64,000 nt of DNA, from NCBI RefSeq assembly GCF_009914755.1, contig NC_060935.1, one strand, 5' to 3'. This document shows positions 52,650-64,000 of this stretch, one piece after another. The position numbers and the translations under genes are program-made. Under the pieces are notes generated by a model. It was given only the letters and a program-made list of their open reading frames with translations. It made no database searches and was not told the origin of the DNA. The first letter of the stretch is position 1. The number at the start of each line of letters is the position of its first letter. Source of the DNA: the human T2T-CHM13v2.0 reference genome, Homo sapiens.

Positions 52650-52726
52650 ATTGTTATTATTTGCATTTTGAAAACAGGACACTGAGAAATTAAATAACTT
52701 TCTGAAACATATGTCTGTTTATACAT

Positions 52727-53022
52727 TTATTACTTATTTATTTGAGAGACAAGGTCTTTCCATGATGCCCTTGCTGGGGTGCAGTGGTGCAGTCTTGGCT
52801 CACTGCAGCCTCAACTTCCTGAGCTAAAGTGATCCAGCCTCCTGAGTAGCTGGATCTACAGGATCATGCCAGCATAAACAGCTAAGTTTTAAAAATTTTT
52901 TTGGAAAGATGGTGGTGTTGCTATGTTACCCAGGGTGATCTCAAATTCCTAAGCTCAAGCCATCCTCCCACCTCAGCCTCCCAATGTGCTGAGATTACAG
53001 GTGTGAGACACTGCACCTGCGC
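52727..53022 (-). mobile_element. AluJ
   Basis: Diverged Alu with the J-type gcagcctcaacttcctgagct and ctcaagccatcctcccacctcagcctcc. Confidence 0.9.
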
Positions 53023-53117
53023 TTATAAATGTATTGAATACGACTAAACTGTATACTTAAAAGTGGCCAAAATGATAAATGATAGATACATTTTACCACA
53101 GTAAAAGCTTTGAAAAA
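53023..53117 (+). mobile_element. L1M (L1MB/MC-like) 3' terminal fragment
   Basis: aactgtatacttaaaagtggccaaaatgataaat...attttaccacagtaaaa matches the 3' end of old L1M elements. Confidence 0.7.
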
Positions 53118-56100
53118 CTATGGCTAGTAGATAGTAGATTCAGGATTGGAGCCTGAGTCTACTTGGCTCCCGAGTCTGAGTTCTTGGCTATGGTCATATT
53201 CTGCAGATTTGCATAGAGCCCTTACTGAATATTAATCCATTCAGATAGAGAGCAATGTGTGATATTTATCAAGCATAATTAGAGAGAAGACTAGAAGATA
53301 AGTGGGGAAGGAGGAGTGCCTAATGTCTCAGGACATGTACTTTAAAATTTATTCTGTGGGTGGACAGAGTTGGCAAATTTTGAACTTTTGAATTCATTCA
53401 CTCATTTAGTATCAGCCATCCAGCCAATATCTAATAAGGCCCTAATGGAAGACAAGGTGTGTTTAGCTAGGACTAAATGATCAGCAATGTTTCAGACATG
53501 TAGACCTGAAAAGCAAGCATCTTGTAAGACAAGATAAACATTATCAACCAAGGCAGGAAGTACGGAAAGTGGCAGTGAATTCTTTGGTAGAACAGTCACA
53601 GTCTAGGGTGGCTAGAGTGCTAAATGGGAGAGGGCCTTGAATGACAAAGCATGGGTTTTTAAATCATGTTATGTGGACAGCTATGATTAATGAAACATAA
53701 AAGATCATGAAACATCAGCAGGAGAAATCTAAGAAAGGCGTGACACCACAGGTAGGGATGTTTGGTGACTGCAAAGCATGGTACATAGAGTGTAGTTCAC
53801 CTAATTCATATGGAGGAGGTTTATTACATGGTTAAAGATACAAAGGGTCTTAGGTTCTGAATTTTTGTTAGTTTTGAGGCACAACGTTTGCTTCTATATG
53901 CTTTTCTGTAATTGGACATATTTTGGATTGGGTGGTCAGGCTCTTTGATGTGCAGAGATAAATGAACGCTGTTCAGTGGCGTACATCTTTTACAGTTCTC
54001 AATAGCAAGAGAAGATGCTGGCATAAAACCCACACAATTGCATTTCTCATAGTAAGTGGTCAGGTGACCTCTTCCCCTCTGTATCCATAGATAGGGGAGA
54101 AATTCCTTCCTGAGTGATACCGGGGAGTAGATGGCCTTGTGTCAAGATTCACTGACATCCTGATGGGCCTGCTTTCTCCTGCTGGGAACTGGTGAGCGAG
54201 AAAGAAGAGTTATTGTCAAATTCCCAACTTGCCCTTTTTGATATAAAGTTCACTTGTAATTTTTTTTTTACTTGTGTTGCTAATGCATTTTGTTCTCCCA
54301 AGTGTGAGAGACCTAGCTTCCTCTGTAGCCTTTAATTAGTTTCTGAATGATGACATGTCTACTGAGAAGCAACTGGTTGCGTCCCTCCAATCTCGGGGGG
54401 AGATAAAGGAATCTAATAAAGACATTCGGTATTTCTAGGTGATGTGTTTGACAAGCTTTGTATTAACAAGAAGTCATGTTGAAACTTCTCTCTTTCCCCA
54501 ACTGCACTGCCTCACTCGCTCCAGCACTGTGACATTTCACAGGGGGATTAACAGAGCTGCCACTCTCGCTGAGAACTTGTAGTTTAAAACAGACAGACCT
54601 GTGTCTCTACCCCTCATGCTAAAGGGGAAGGAGCTTCGCCTTGATCTATTCACCAGCCATAACCTTTATGAGGGATTTAGTGGCAATAAGGTCTTGGAAC
54701 ACAAAATCAACGGATAAGTTTCCTTTGACAGCAGTGGGACCACCTCCCAGGATTCAAGATTCAAGGTCGGATAATGAGATGTGTCTTCCTCGCAGCTGCC
54801 TAGTTATTCCCTAAGACGGTGGTCACAAGGAGTGTGGGAACAACTCAAGTTTTAATTCTGGCATGAGCAATATTGGGACTGTAGCACTAGAGAGAGGCTG
54901 AAACTCTTCTCAGGGCTAATGACCCTCCTTTGCTGAACTCAACTGTGCAGTTATTTGGAGAACAAGAGAAAAATCTCTGGAATTATTTGCACTTTACTGC
55001 AGTCATGGGGTGAGGTGTGGTGGGGACTTCACCACAGCCTTCTTACTGCAGTCAGCATAATTCCCTGCTGCATACAGTTTTATAGCTTGTGTTTGAGTGC
55101 ATAACTACCAGTGCTTTTAGGCAATTAAGAATTAAAGTGCCGATGACGCCATGAAGGCAGCTGAGAATGTAAGTGAGCTTGGCGCTGTTGGCAGCCAGCA
55201 GATTGACAGCTCAGAAATGCAGGTTTCTGCAGAGCTGAGAGCCGAGAGCGGCGACCACCTGGGGACAGGGGCTTAGTCTCTATCTGGTTGACCTCCATTT
55301 GACCTGAGTGAGGCAGCCTAGGAGAGAGGAATGATTATTACCTGAGTATCTCTTAAGGGCAAGAGGAGAACATTAGCAGAATCATGGCTCAGAGTCTAAG
55401 AGGTTACCATGACCTATACATACATACTTACATATTTGTTTACCTGTATGATATCAAGATGTAGAAATACAAACTTCATCCCAGGGTAGAGTAATGGCAC
55501 AGACTATTATAGCAAAATGTTTTTTCTCTCTGTGAAGTGGGTTTCTGAACAGAAGCAAGGGCATCCAAGGGGCAGAGTTAGCTAACATCTTCCTGATTTT
55601 GCAGACAAATGACCCCTATTGAAAAGGTAGTGGGATTACAGAGGTTGAAGTCCTTAGAACTAGAACAGAAGTGTGTGTACCTAGAGTGTCCCTCTAATTG
55701 AGGCTGGAGCTGCCAGTGGCACCCTCTACCCATGAGTTTTCTAAGCCTAATGGAATGGGGTCTTGTTCCATTTCTATGAAGATCTTTTGGAGATTGTGGA
55801 AAAAGTCTGTCTAGGGGAGAGAAGCAACTAATGGAGTCTGGTATATGATAGAAGTGGCAGTCACCATTGCACAGCTTACAGTATCTGGTCACTTGAGTTT
55901 CATGAACATCAGCTGCATTCTTGCTTTGGGAAAGGAAAGTCACAGTAAGGTGCCAGATGCCAAAAGAGCGAAAGACACAGCTTAACGAGGCCTTGCGGTT
56001 GAGCCTCAAAGGATATGGCAAGGCTATGGCGGTTGGGAACTACAGGAATAGACAATTCCTGGTGAGAAGAAATTAGAAACAGTGATGTCAGAAATCTCTT

Positions 56101-58139
56101 GCCAGCCCCTGGCTCTGAGGAGAGGATGGATGTGAAGAAACCTTGCATGTCAGGAGATGTTGCTGAGCACTATAAATAAATCCTGGTCAGCACATCAGGG
56201 TTGGTTTTTACAGCAAACAATTATGCTGTTTACCACTAATTCATTGAACTCTGAATTATCTCAATCACAATAGCATTCATTTGCAGAGTGATTAGTAATT
56301 CACTAAGTGCTTTCAATTATACCTACATATTTTATTGGATCCCAAATCCCTGTAGGAAGAGCTTGGGTCTGAGAACAGCCACTTTCTAGCTCAGTGGCTT
56401 CGAGCACATCATTAGCAGGGTAAAACCTCAGATTCCTGGATGAAAAGGGAGAGTATATGGGAAGCCCTTATTAGGTCTTCAACAAATATTAGTTTTCTCC
56501 CATGAGGAATAATATTAAAAAGTCATATTTCCTCTGTTTTTACTTCTGTTCTCTTCCTCACGAAATTATGTAATGAATTAGATTAATTGATTCCTTTCTC
56601 ATTGTGACGTTATTTCACGTTTTGAGGATCTTTTGCTTGTATACATTTTGGCTGTCAGTTTTCAGGGACACCTTATTAGAGAATCTGCAGTGTGTCTGAC
56701 ATTCTCCATGATGGTTTTGGGTTACTTGTGTAACCTCTCCAAGCTTCAGTTTCTCGACTACACGGTGGGGAATCATGCCTTAGGAGTTACGGTGAGGATT
56801 TACAAGGGAGCAGCAAATGTGGAACACCTGGCAAAGTGCTCGGAATAGAAGGTGTTTGGTGTTTCTTTTCTTCCCACCCCATCTATCCTCCCTTCGTGAA
56901 CTGGTCCCTAAAGAGAGAGGCCTGGTGGTGAAGGGCAATAAAGCCAGTCATATAGCCCCAACCCAAAGCATGCACTGCCATACATGGAAAACACGCACAG
57001 CTGGGAAACAGATGGCCCTGTCTGGATGGCAGGTCCACATCATGATCACTGATACACCCCTTATGTTTCCATGTTAAAAAATTGATGAAGAGACACTTCT
57101 TAGTAATTTCTTAGATGTGACCCACATAATAGGGCACTTATGATTACAGGTAGTTGCTGTGAAATTCAATTTTTACCATTATGCCCCGAAGCCAAGAGGC
57201 ATGGAATAAGGAAAGAATGGTATGGACTGCACTCTCTTATGTCTCCATCAGGAATGACTAAAACTCGGTCAAGAGGCAGAGCTCATAAAGACTTCCTTCC
57301 ACATTTCAGTTGATCCTGAAAGGAACAAGTTCCAATCTTCAGAAGCACTGGTTTATGACTAATCCTGAAAAAATCACTAGGTTTTTTTCCTAGAGCTTCA
57401 GGGTTTTCTAGCCAACATGAATGGTTTTACTATGGAGGGCGAGAGAAGGAATGAGATGTAACAAATGACAAAAGGGTTCTGGTGAAGAGAATAATAATCC
57501 ACTGAGGTTATGCCATTAAGGAGCTTTCTACATTTTCAAGCTCTCATTTGGAATTCTGATTGACTGTAATCTGACCCTTCCGTTCTTGAAAATGATGGCA
57601 GCAAGCGCATTGCTGACAAAAGAATGGGGTCCTGTTGCACAGCGCACCCTGGCCTGGGGCCTGAGTCCTCATTTAAAGATGCTGTTTATCCTCAAACCTT
57701 GAGCACATCAGCAGGGCGTGTGGTGCATCCCAATGTCCAAACCAAAACAGCCCCCTACTGCACTAAAAATCTCTATTTCTCTTCGTATTGGTCTCTACAG
57801 GTACACATTTTTAGTAACACTAAGAAAGGACATTTGATTAATGCTTTATGTATAAAAAGTGATTTCTTAACATTTTAATCTGATCCACAGAACATCTATT
57901 TTGAGGAGAAAAGATAGGTGTTGATATATAATGAATACAATCAGAGACTCTAATGATTGCCATGCACTTATACAGCTAGTAACTGTGGGGTGTGGGCTTA
58001 AAACCTCGGCTTCTGATATGAAGCTTAGGGTTCTTTTTTTATCAAAAGAGACCTTAGGGATCTTCATGTATATTCCCATGATTCCATGTGCGTTTGTTAT
58101 TTTTCTAACCCATATTATTTCCATTTGAAAAAACACTGC

Positions 58140-58449
58140 GCGGTGGCACATGCCTGTAATCCCAGCACTTTGGGAGGCTGAGGCGGGCAGATCACGAGGT
58201 CAGGAGATCGAGACCATCCTGGCTAACACGGTGAAACCCTGTCTCTACTAAAAATAACACACACACAAAAATTAGCTGGGCTTGGTTTCAGGTGCCTGTA
58301 GTCCCAGCTACTCGGGAGGCTGAGGCAGGAGAATGGCATGAACCTGGGAGGTGGAGCTTGCAGTGAGCCTAGATCGCACCACTGCACTCCAGCCTGAGCA
58401 ATAGAATGAGACTCCATCTCAAAAAACAAAAAACAGCAACAACAACAAA
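58140..58449 (+). mobile_element. AluY
   Basis: gagatcgagaccatcctggctaacacggtg, agaatggcatgaacc and gagcttgcagtg diagnostics. TSD aaaaaacactgc at 58128-58139 and 58450-58461. Confidence 0.95.
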
Positions 58450-58543
58450 AAAAAACACTGCAATTTTCAGCTGTATGTCCTTGAACAAGTTCCTTGACTC
58501 CTCTGAGTATCGGTATCCTCATCTGTAAAGTGTGGGAACTAAT

Positions 58544-58657
58544 TAGGATGACCAATGCATCCCCATTTGCCTGAAATGCTTTTGGTTTCAGCAGTGAAAG
58601 TTTTATGTCTCAAGAAACTCTCCAATTCCAGGTAGACCTGGGCAGTTGGTTGCCTTA
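58544..58657. mobile_element. MER81-like hAT-Blackjack MITE inside a MIR
   Basis: Degenerate terminal inverted repeats taggatgaccaa ... ttggttgcctta, 114 bp. MIR sequence on both sides (~58462-58543 and ~58660-58770). Confidence 0.7.
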
Positions 58658-60954
58658 GAGAGAATATCTATTTGTGGGGTTCATACAGTGAAAAATAAAA
58701 TAAAGGTAATATAGCCAAACACCTGTTATACAGCAGGTATTTAATAAATGGTAATTATCAACATCATTATGTTCACTTACAGTCCTTGGGGGCAATTTAA
58801 AGATCTTGAGGAAATTCAGTCATTTCAATTTGTTTGCATTTGCATACAGCCTTGAGAGAATACAGTAATTCATTCACTCAGAAAAATTGTTGAACACAAA
58901 CGATGCCAGGCATTATGATATGTGATGACCATTTTCAATGAACGAGACACCAGTGGAGCTTACATTGTACTTAGGAGAGGCAGACAGTTGTGTAGCAAGC
59001 CAGGCAGGCTGGGGGTTCTCTTGTAGAAAGGGGGTTTGAGGAAGCCTTCTGTGAGGAGCTGAAATTGAAATAATTAGACAGAACCAATGTGAGTAGCAGG
59101 AGAAAGGCAAGTGTGAAGGATGGAGTCAAAGGTGGGCTTGAGGCATTTGAAGAGGACAGGTGGCCAGCAGGGTGAGGAAGGGAGAATGCTGTGGGAAGAG
59201 CATGGAGAGGGAGGCGGCATCCAGAGTGTGCAAGGCCTTTGAGACCAAAGAAGGAGTTTGCCTTCATGCTCCATGACAGATTCATCTCTCCGTTCAGTGT
59301 GGATGAGAGAAGGGAGGTCCTAACCAAGCACATTTGCCACAGCCTGAATCCCACCTGAACCACTCAACTGTGCCTAGGCTTCGCTTGGGTACACAGTGGC
59401 CCTTGGGAAAAGATGGATTTTTCTCAAAACCAACACCTGCTTGGTTGCATCTTTCCAAGCTTTCCAATCTGGGTTGGACATTCATGCACCAGGCTGTTCT
59501 CATAGGCCTTAGTGTCTCTGCACGTGGTCTGGAAGCCAGAAAGGTTAAGAGCACTCCAGATTTGTCCCATTAATTCTGTAAAGACAAAGGTCCCTAAAGA
59601 GGCCTTAGCAGTGAAGCAGCCCTTGCTGTGAGAACTGCCCGGAGGAGATGCGGGCATCTCCAGTCTTCAAGATAGAGGAGAGGCAGGAGGGGAACCCCCA
59701 CTGCCAGCCAAGGAAGCCATCTGGGATCTGTAGATCTGCATGCGCCGTGCAGTTACCTGGTCCAAGTGGCTTATGTGCATTCTCAGCCCCACAGGACTGC
59801 ACAGTGCTTCATAAAGCATCCTGATTTGGATTTAATAGGATATCCACTGTGTGCTAAAAACAGCAAATTGCTATTTATTAATGACATAATTATTAAAACT
59901 CAACACCTGGGCAGTGGAAGCTAAACCAAGAGTAGGGAAGTTCCTCAGAATACTGTTTTAATAATTATCTTATTTAATTATTTACACATTTGAATTAAAA
60001 TTCAATAAGAGCCGGATTAAACATTAACCTAATGTATTAAACATGGAACTGTATCCAAACAGCATGGCTCCCTTGGCTTCTGTCTTTCTTCCTAAACATA
60101 CCCTAACCACTCCTTGGTCTTTCGGTTTCTATAATTGGTATATTTTCTAGATTCAGCTCTCAGAAGCCAGGAGGCACCACATACATGCCTGTGGGTAAAA
60201 GCCAATGACCTTTTCAAAGGACTCTTCCACTCATAGCAGGTCTAATTTACTATTGGCACGTCAGTTCTTACCCCTCTGCTCTTTACCTTTCATGTGGATT
60301 CTCAAACTGGGATCTTGCCCAGACCTCCGATCCTCTGATTCCAACTGCTAACATAATAGTAATATTCTTCCTGGATGTCCCTCATCATCTCACCATCAGC
60401 AAGTCTAAGATAGAATTAATCACACTAATGTTCTCCCCAAAAGTAGTTCCCCCTAGAAGGTCTAGGGGTCTCCCTGTGCAGCCGTCCAGATGCTACTTAA
60501 CAGAACGGCATTCCTGCTCGACCCCATCTCCCTGGTCGTCCTCCTAGCAACCATTTGTGCATTTTTCCTGGGCATGGCTCTCCAATCCATCCCTTGCTTT
60601 TCATCTTTTCAGAGCCAACAGTTTAATCCAGGCTTTGAACATCACTGTCGATTGATTTCTGTGACTCCAGTTTCTGTCTATTTTACTCCATCTGACACAA
60701 TGTTAACAGATTCTTTTTCTTAAAATAAATTTTTAAAAAATTACGACATTTCTTTTAAAAAACTTCAAATGCTTGTCACTGCCTGTAGGATAGAGCTAAA
60801 ACCTAGGCACTAGGCATTCACGCCCTTCCATCATCTGGCTGTCATTCACTTCATGATCTTGTATCCCATTTTTCATTGATTCTGTCAAAATTTATGGACT
60901 GTCCATTCTGTGTTGACACTGCATATATGTGTTTGCCAAGCACATACAATATTA

Positions 60955-61170
60955 AAACTCACTCATTGAGCACTTCACATTGCCAGAAACTGTTCTCAAT
61001 GCATTTCATAACTTACTCCTATGTCTTTGAAACAGTCTTTATGAGGTTCAGACAGTTATTAGCTCCATTTTATAAATGTGGAGAGCAAGACACAGGCAGG
61101 TGAAGTAACTTGGCCAAGGTTGCCCAGTTAGAACATAGTAGAGCCGGATCTCAGCCCCTGCTCTGCGTTG
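60955..61170 (-). mobile_element. MIR SINE within a fragmented + strand L2 (~60290-62590)
   Basis: cattgagcacttcacattgccag...ctccattttataaatgtggag...gtgaagtaacttggccaaggt...agagccggat. Confidence 0.75.
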
Positions 61171-61625
61171 CCTCTTGTAGTCAATAGACATTGTATTTCT
61201 TCAGTTTGTGGATTTCTGCCTTCCCATCTGTGCCCATGCAATTCTGTCCCATTTGAAACAGCTTCACTTTTTCTGCCTAGATACCTGTTTCTCATTTGTT
61301 GAGACCTAAAATAAACTCCAATTTGAGGTGAAGCCATCTCTGGAACTCTCTCTAGCTGTTATCCTCCCTCCTAGTAACTCATAGCACTTAAAGTTTGTAC
61401 TGTTCATTCACATTCAATCATACACAATTTTCCAACATATTTTGCCTTGTTATTCAACTCTCTGGAATGTTTACATGCCCTGTTTCCTCAAACAGATTGT
61501 AAGTTCATAGAGGGCCAGGCAAATTGGTATATGTCTGCATGTCTTTCATATACCTAGCACACCATTGTGTAACAGTAGGTGTTCACAAAATGTTCATTGG
61601 ATGACTTTTGGCCCAGCTTCTAAAG

Positions 61626-62165
61626 CAAGGGTCTCCAAACCTCAGGCCACATACCGATACTGCTCTGTGGCCTGTTAGGAACCAGGCCACACAGCAGGAG
61701 GTGAGCAGCTGGTGGGTGAGTGAGTGAAGCTTCTTTTGTATTTACAGCCACTCCCCATTGCTGGCAATACCGCCTGAGCTCTGCCTCCTGTCAGATCAGT
61801 GGCAGCATTAGGTAGGAGCACGAACCCTTATTGTGAACTGCCCATGCGAGGGATCTAGGTCGTGCACTCCTTGTGAAAATCTAATGCCTGATGATCTGTC
61901 ACTATCTCCCATCACCCCCAGATGGGACCCCCTAGTTGCAGGAAAACAAGTTCAGGGTTTCCACTGATCCTACATTATGGTGAGTTGTATAATTATTTCA
62001 TTATATGTTACAACATTACAATGTAATAATAATATAAATACAATGCATAATAAATGTAATGTGCTTGAATCATCCTGAAACCATTCCTTCCCGCATCCCC
62101 AGTTCATGGAAAAAATTATCTTCCATGAAACCTGTCCCTGGTGCCAACAAGGTTGGGGACTACTC
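61626..62165 (+). mobile_element. MER1A hAT-Charlie DNA transposon, full length
   Basis: caagggtctccaa...gtggcctgttaggaacc...tgagctctgcctcctgtcagatcag...ggtgccaacaaggttggggactactc. 8-bp TSD ttctaaag / ctctaaag at 61618-61625 and 62166-62173. Confidence 0.93.
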
Positions 62166-64000
62166 CTCTAAAGTAGACTTCTTCCATTAACAGTTGTGCC
62201 TGGCCACAAAATGTCTTACTGATAGTGCTTGCCTTATGTTGTCTCCTTTGCCTAGGATATCTTTCCTCCTTTTCTCTCCAGATATGATTAATTTTTACTT
62301 ACTCCTAGGGCTTAACTTAGGCATCACATATCTAAGAAGCCTCTTGTGGCATCCATGTCAAGGTTGGCTTAGATGTATATCCTCTGTGTCTCCATAACAC
62401 GTGATTCACCATTCTGTGTCACCATACATTAGAATATTAGGCTTCTGCATCTATTTTGATATCTTGAGGCTGTGAACTCCTTGAGGAAAAGGATGGTATC
62501 TTATTTAGTTTATGTCTCTAATGCTTGGCACAATGCTGGCATATGGAAAGTGATCAATAAATATTGAAGAAGGAGTGAATGAATGAAAATAAGCAAAACA
62601 ATCCTAGTATGTTTCTAACAGTCTGAGTGATGAGAAGTCAGATATAGAATGTATCCATGGAAACAATATAAAAATATAAGTAGCCCTATCTCACACTTGG
62701 TCAGAAGCTTCCTTATGAGGATGGCTTAGCTAAAACCACAGTGCACCCTAATCAATTCAAGTAGTCTTGAATACTGACAATGTACTAGAAGTTGCCACCT
62801 AGAAAATCATATTTTGACTCCCTTAGCATCTTAGGCATATGCCAATTTGTTTCTGATAATTGGGATTGCTCCCCTAGTCAAACCACCTCATCTCTATGCC
62901 ATGAATGATCTGTCTTTCTCACTCACCCAAGGGCAATTTGCCTCCTTCAAACTGTATTCTTAGGCAGAATTTAAAGGACAGCAAGCACTTCTCAACTTCT
63001 ACCTCATGAGTTGGATATTTTCCAATTATTAGTGGGGGGAGACAATTCTAGATGATTCTTCCAAGCATGAGGTGCGATTGTCTCATTTAATATACTTACT
63101 GCACTGACAGCTCTGGCCCAAACCACCTTCTGTCCTGCTTGGGGACTGTCCATTGTTCTCTAGTGTATGATTAGCAGATTACCTATCATGCAGGAAGCCA
63201 GGAAAATGAACTCACAGTAAGCCCTTCCAAAGCAAGAGTAATTCATTACCCGGCCTGATTTCCACTTAAAATGTACTTTAAGCACACTTCCAACTACAAA
63301 CCCTAAATCACCCTGTGTTCACAAAGTCCATCATTTTTTATTTTATTGCATGGCATTGGCGTGACATAATCCCTTGCAGAGCATCTCGGAGTGCTTTACA
63401 GATCAATAAATTACTTACCTGCACAGTTGAAGCAACGTCTGCAAGGCCAGCACAGACATTCTGCAGGCAGCCTGTCCTCCAGGAAGCAAGCAAGGCTGTG
63501 TGGGTGCTAAGAGTGAGCAGGGACAGGGACCAGCAAACGTATGGGTTGGTGTTGGGGGGTGGGGGAAGGAGGTGGCTGGTGCATGAGATGGGAATGCTCT
63601 AGTTAAAACTCTGAATAAAACACATCAAAGTGTCTATTTTTGCAATGATCAATTTAAATGATTCCAGAACTAAGAGAATTTAGAAGCTTGTACCCTTCAG
63701 GCAGTCAGCAAATCAAATGCTCAGTCATTAACTCATCAGTTACCTTTCTGTCCTGGAAGGCTCCATGTAGCTTTTAAAATGATATAACCATAAATGGCAT
63801 TGTTACATCTTAAAAGTCCCAGATTATAGAGCTAGCATTCTCTCTCCTCCAACCCTTGTCCATGTCCACTCTCCATTATTTCTGTCCCACCAAATGCTTA
63901 TGGGAGTGCAATTGAGTGTGTATGTGTATGTGTGTGTGTGTGCATGCATATGCAGAGACACACACGCTGCCTATCTGAAGCTCAATGAGGATGGAAATCT

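Noticed and set aside
46239-52726. ORFs with endonuclease or reverse-transcriptase similarity as a novel RT system
   Set aside because: They are frameshifted fragments of ordinary dead L1 ORF1/ORF2.

Overview
Primate, most likely human, genomic DNA from inside the neurotrimin gene (NTM, IgLON family), transcribed on the + strand. The only real coding sequence is one 233-bp internal exon (800-1032) encoding most of Ig domain 1. The other ~63 kb is one long intron; I found no sign of the next NTM exon. It is filled with Alu, L1, L2, MIR, MaLR LTR and hAT relics plus simple repeats. The many short ORFs in the track are repeat-derived or chance. Structure not explained by repeats I recognise: (1) a 276-bp-arm inverted repeat with a 164-bp loop (37881-38596), able to form a long dsRNA stem in the pre-mRNA, which is the best candidate for something undescribed; (2) a ~204-bp non-tandem direct duplication rich in POU/octamer motifs (21027-21230 and 22486-22688); (3) a near-consensus REST/RE1 site (31807-31827); (4) a ~780-nt UG-rich higher-order repeat with embedded GTAAGT donors next to a CpG-rich patch; (5) a short L1 3' transduction; (6) candidate recursive splice sites and a CTCF-like motif. 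Repeat subfamily calls come from memory of the consensus sequences, identities were counted by hand, and old-repeat boundaries are approximate.
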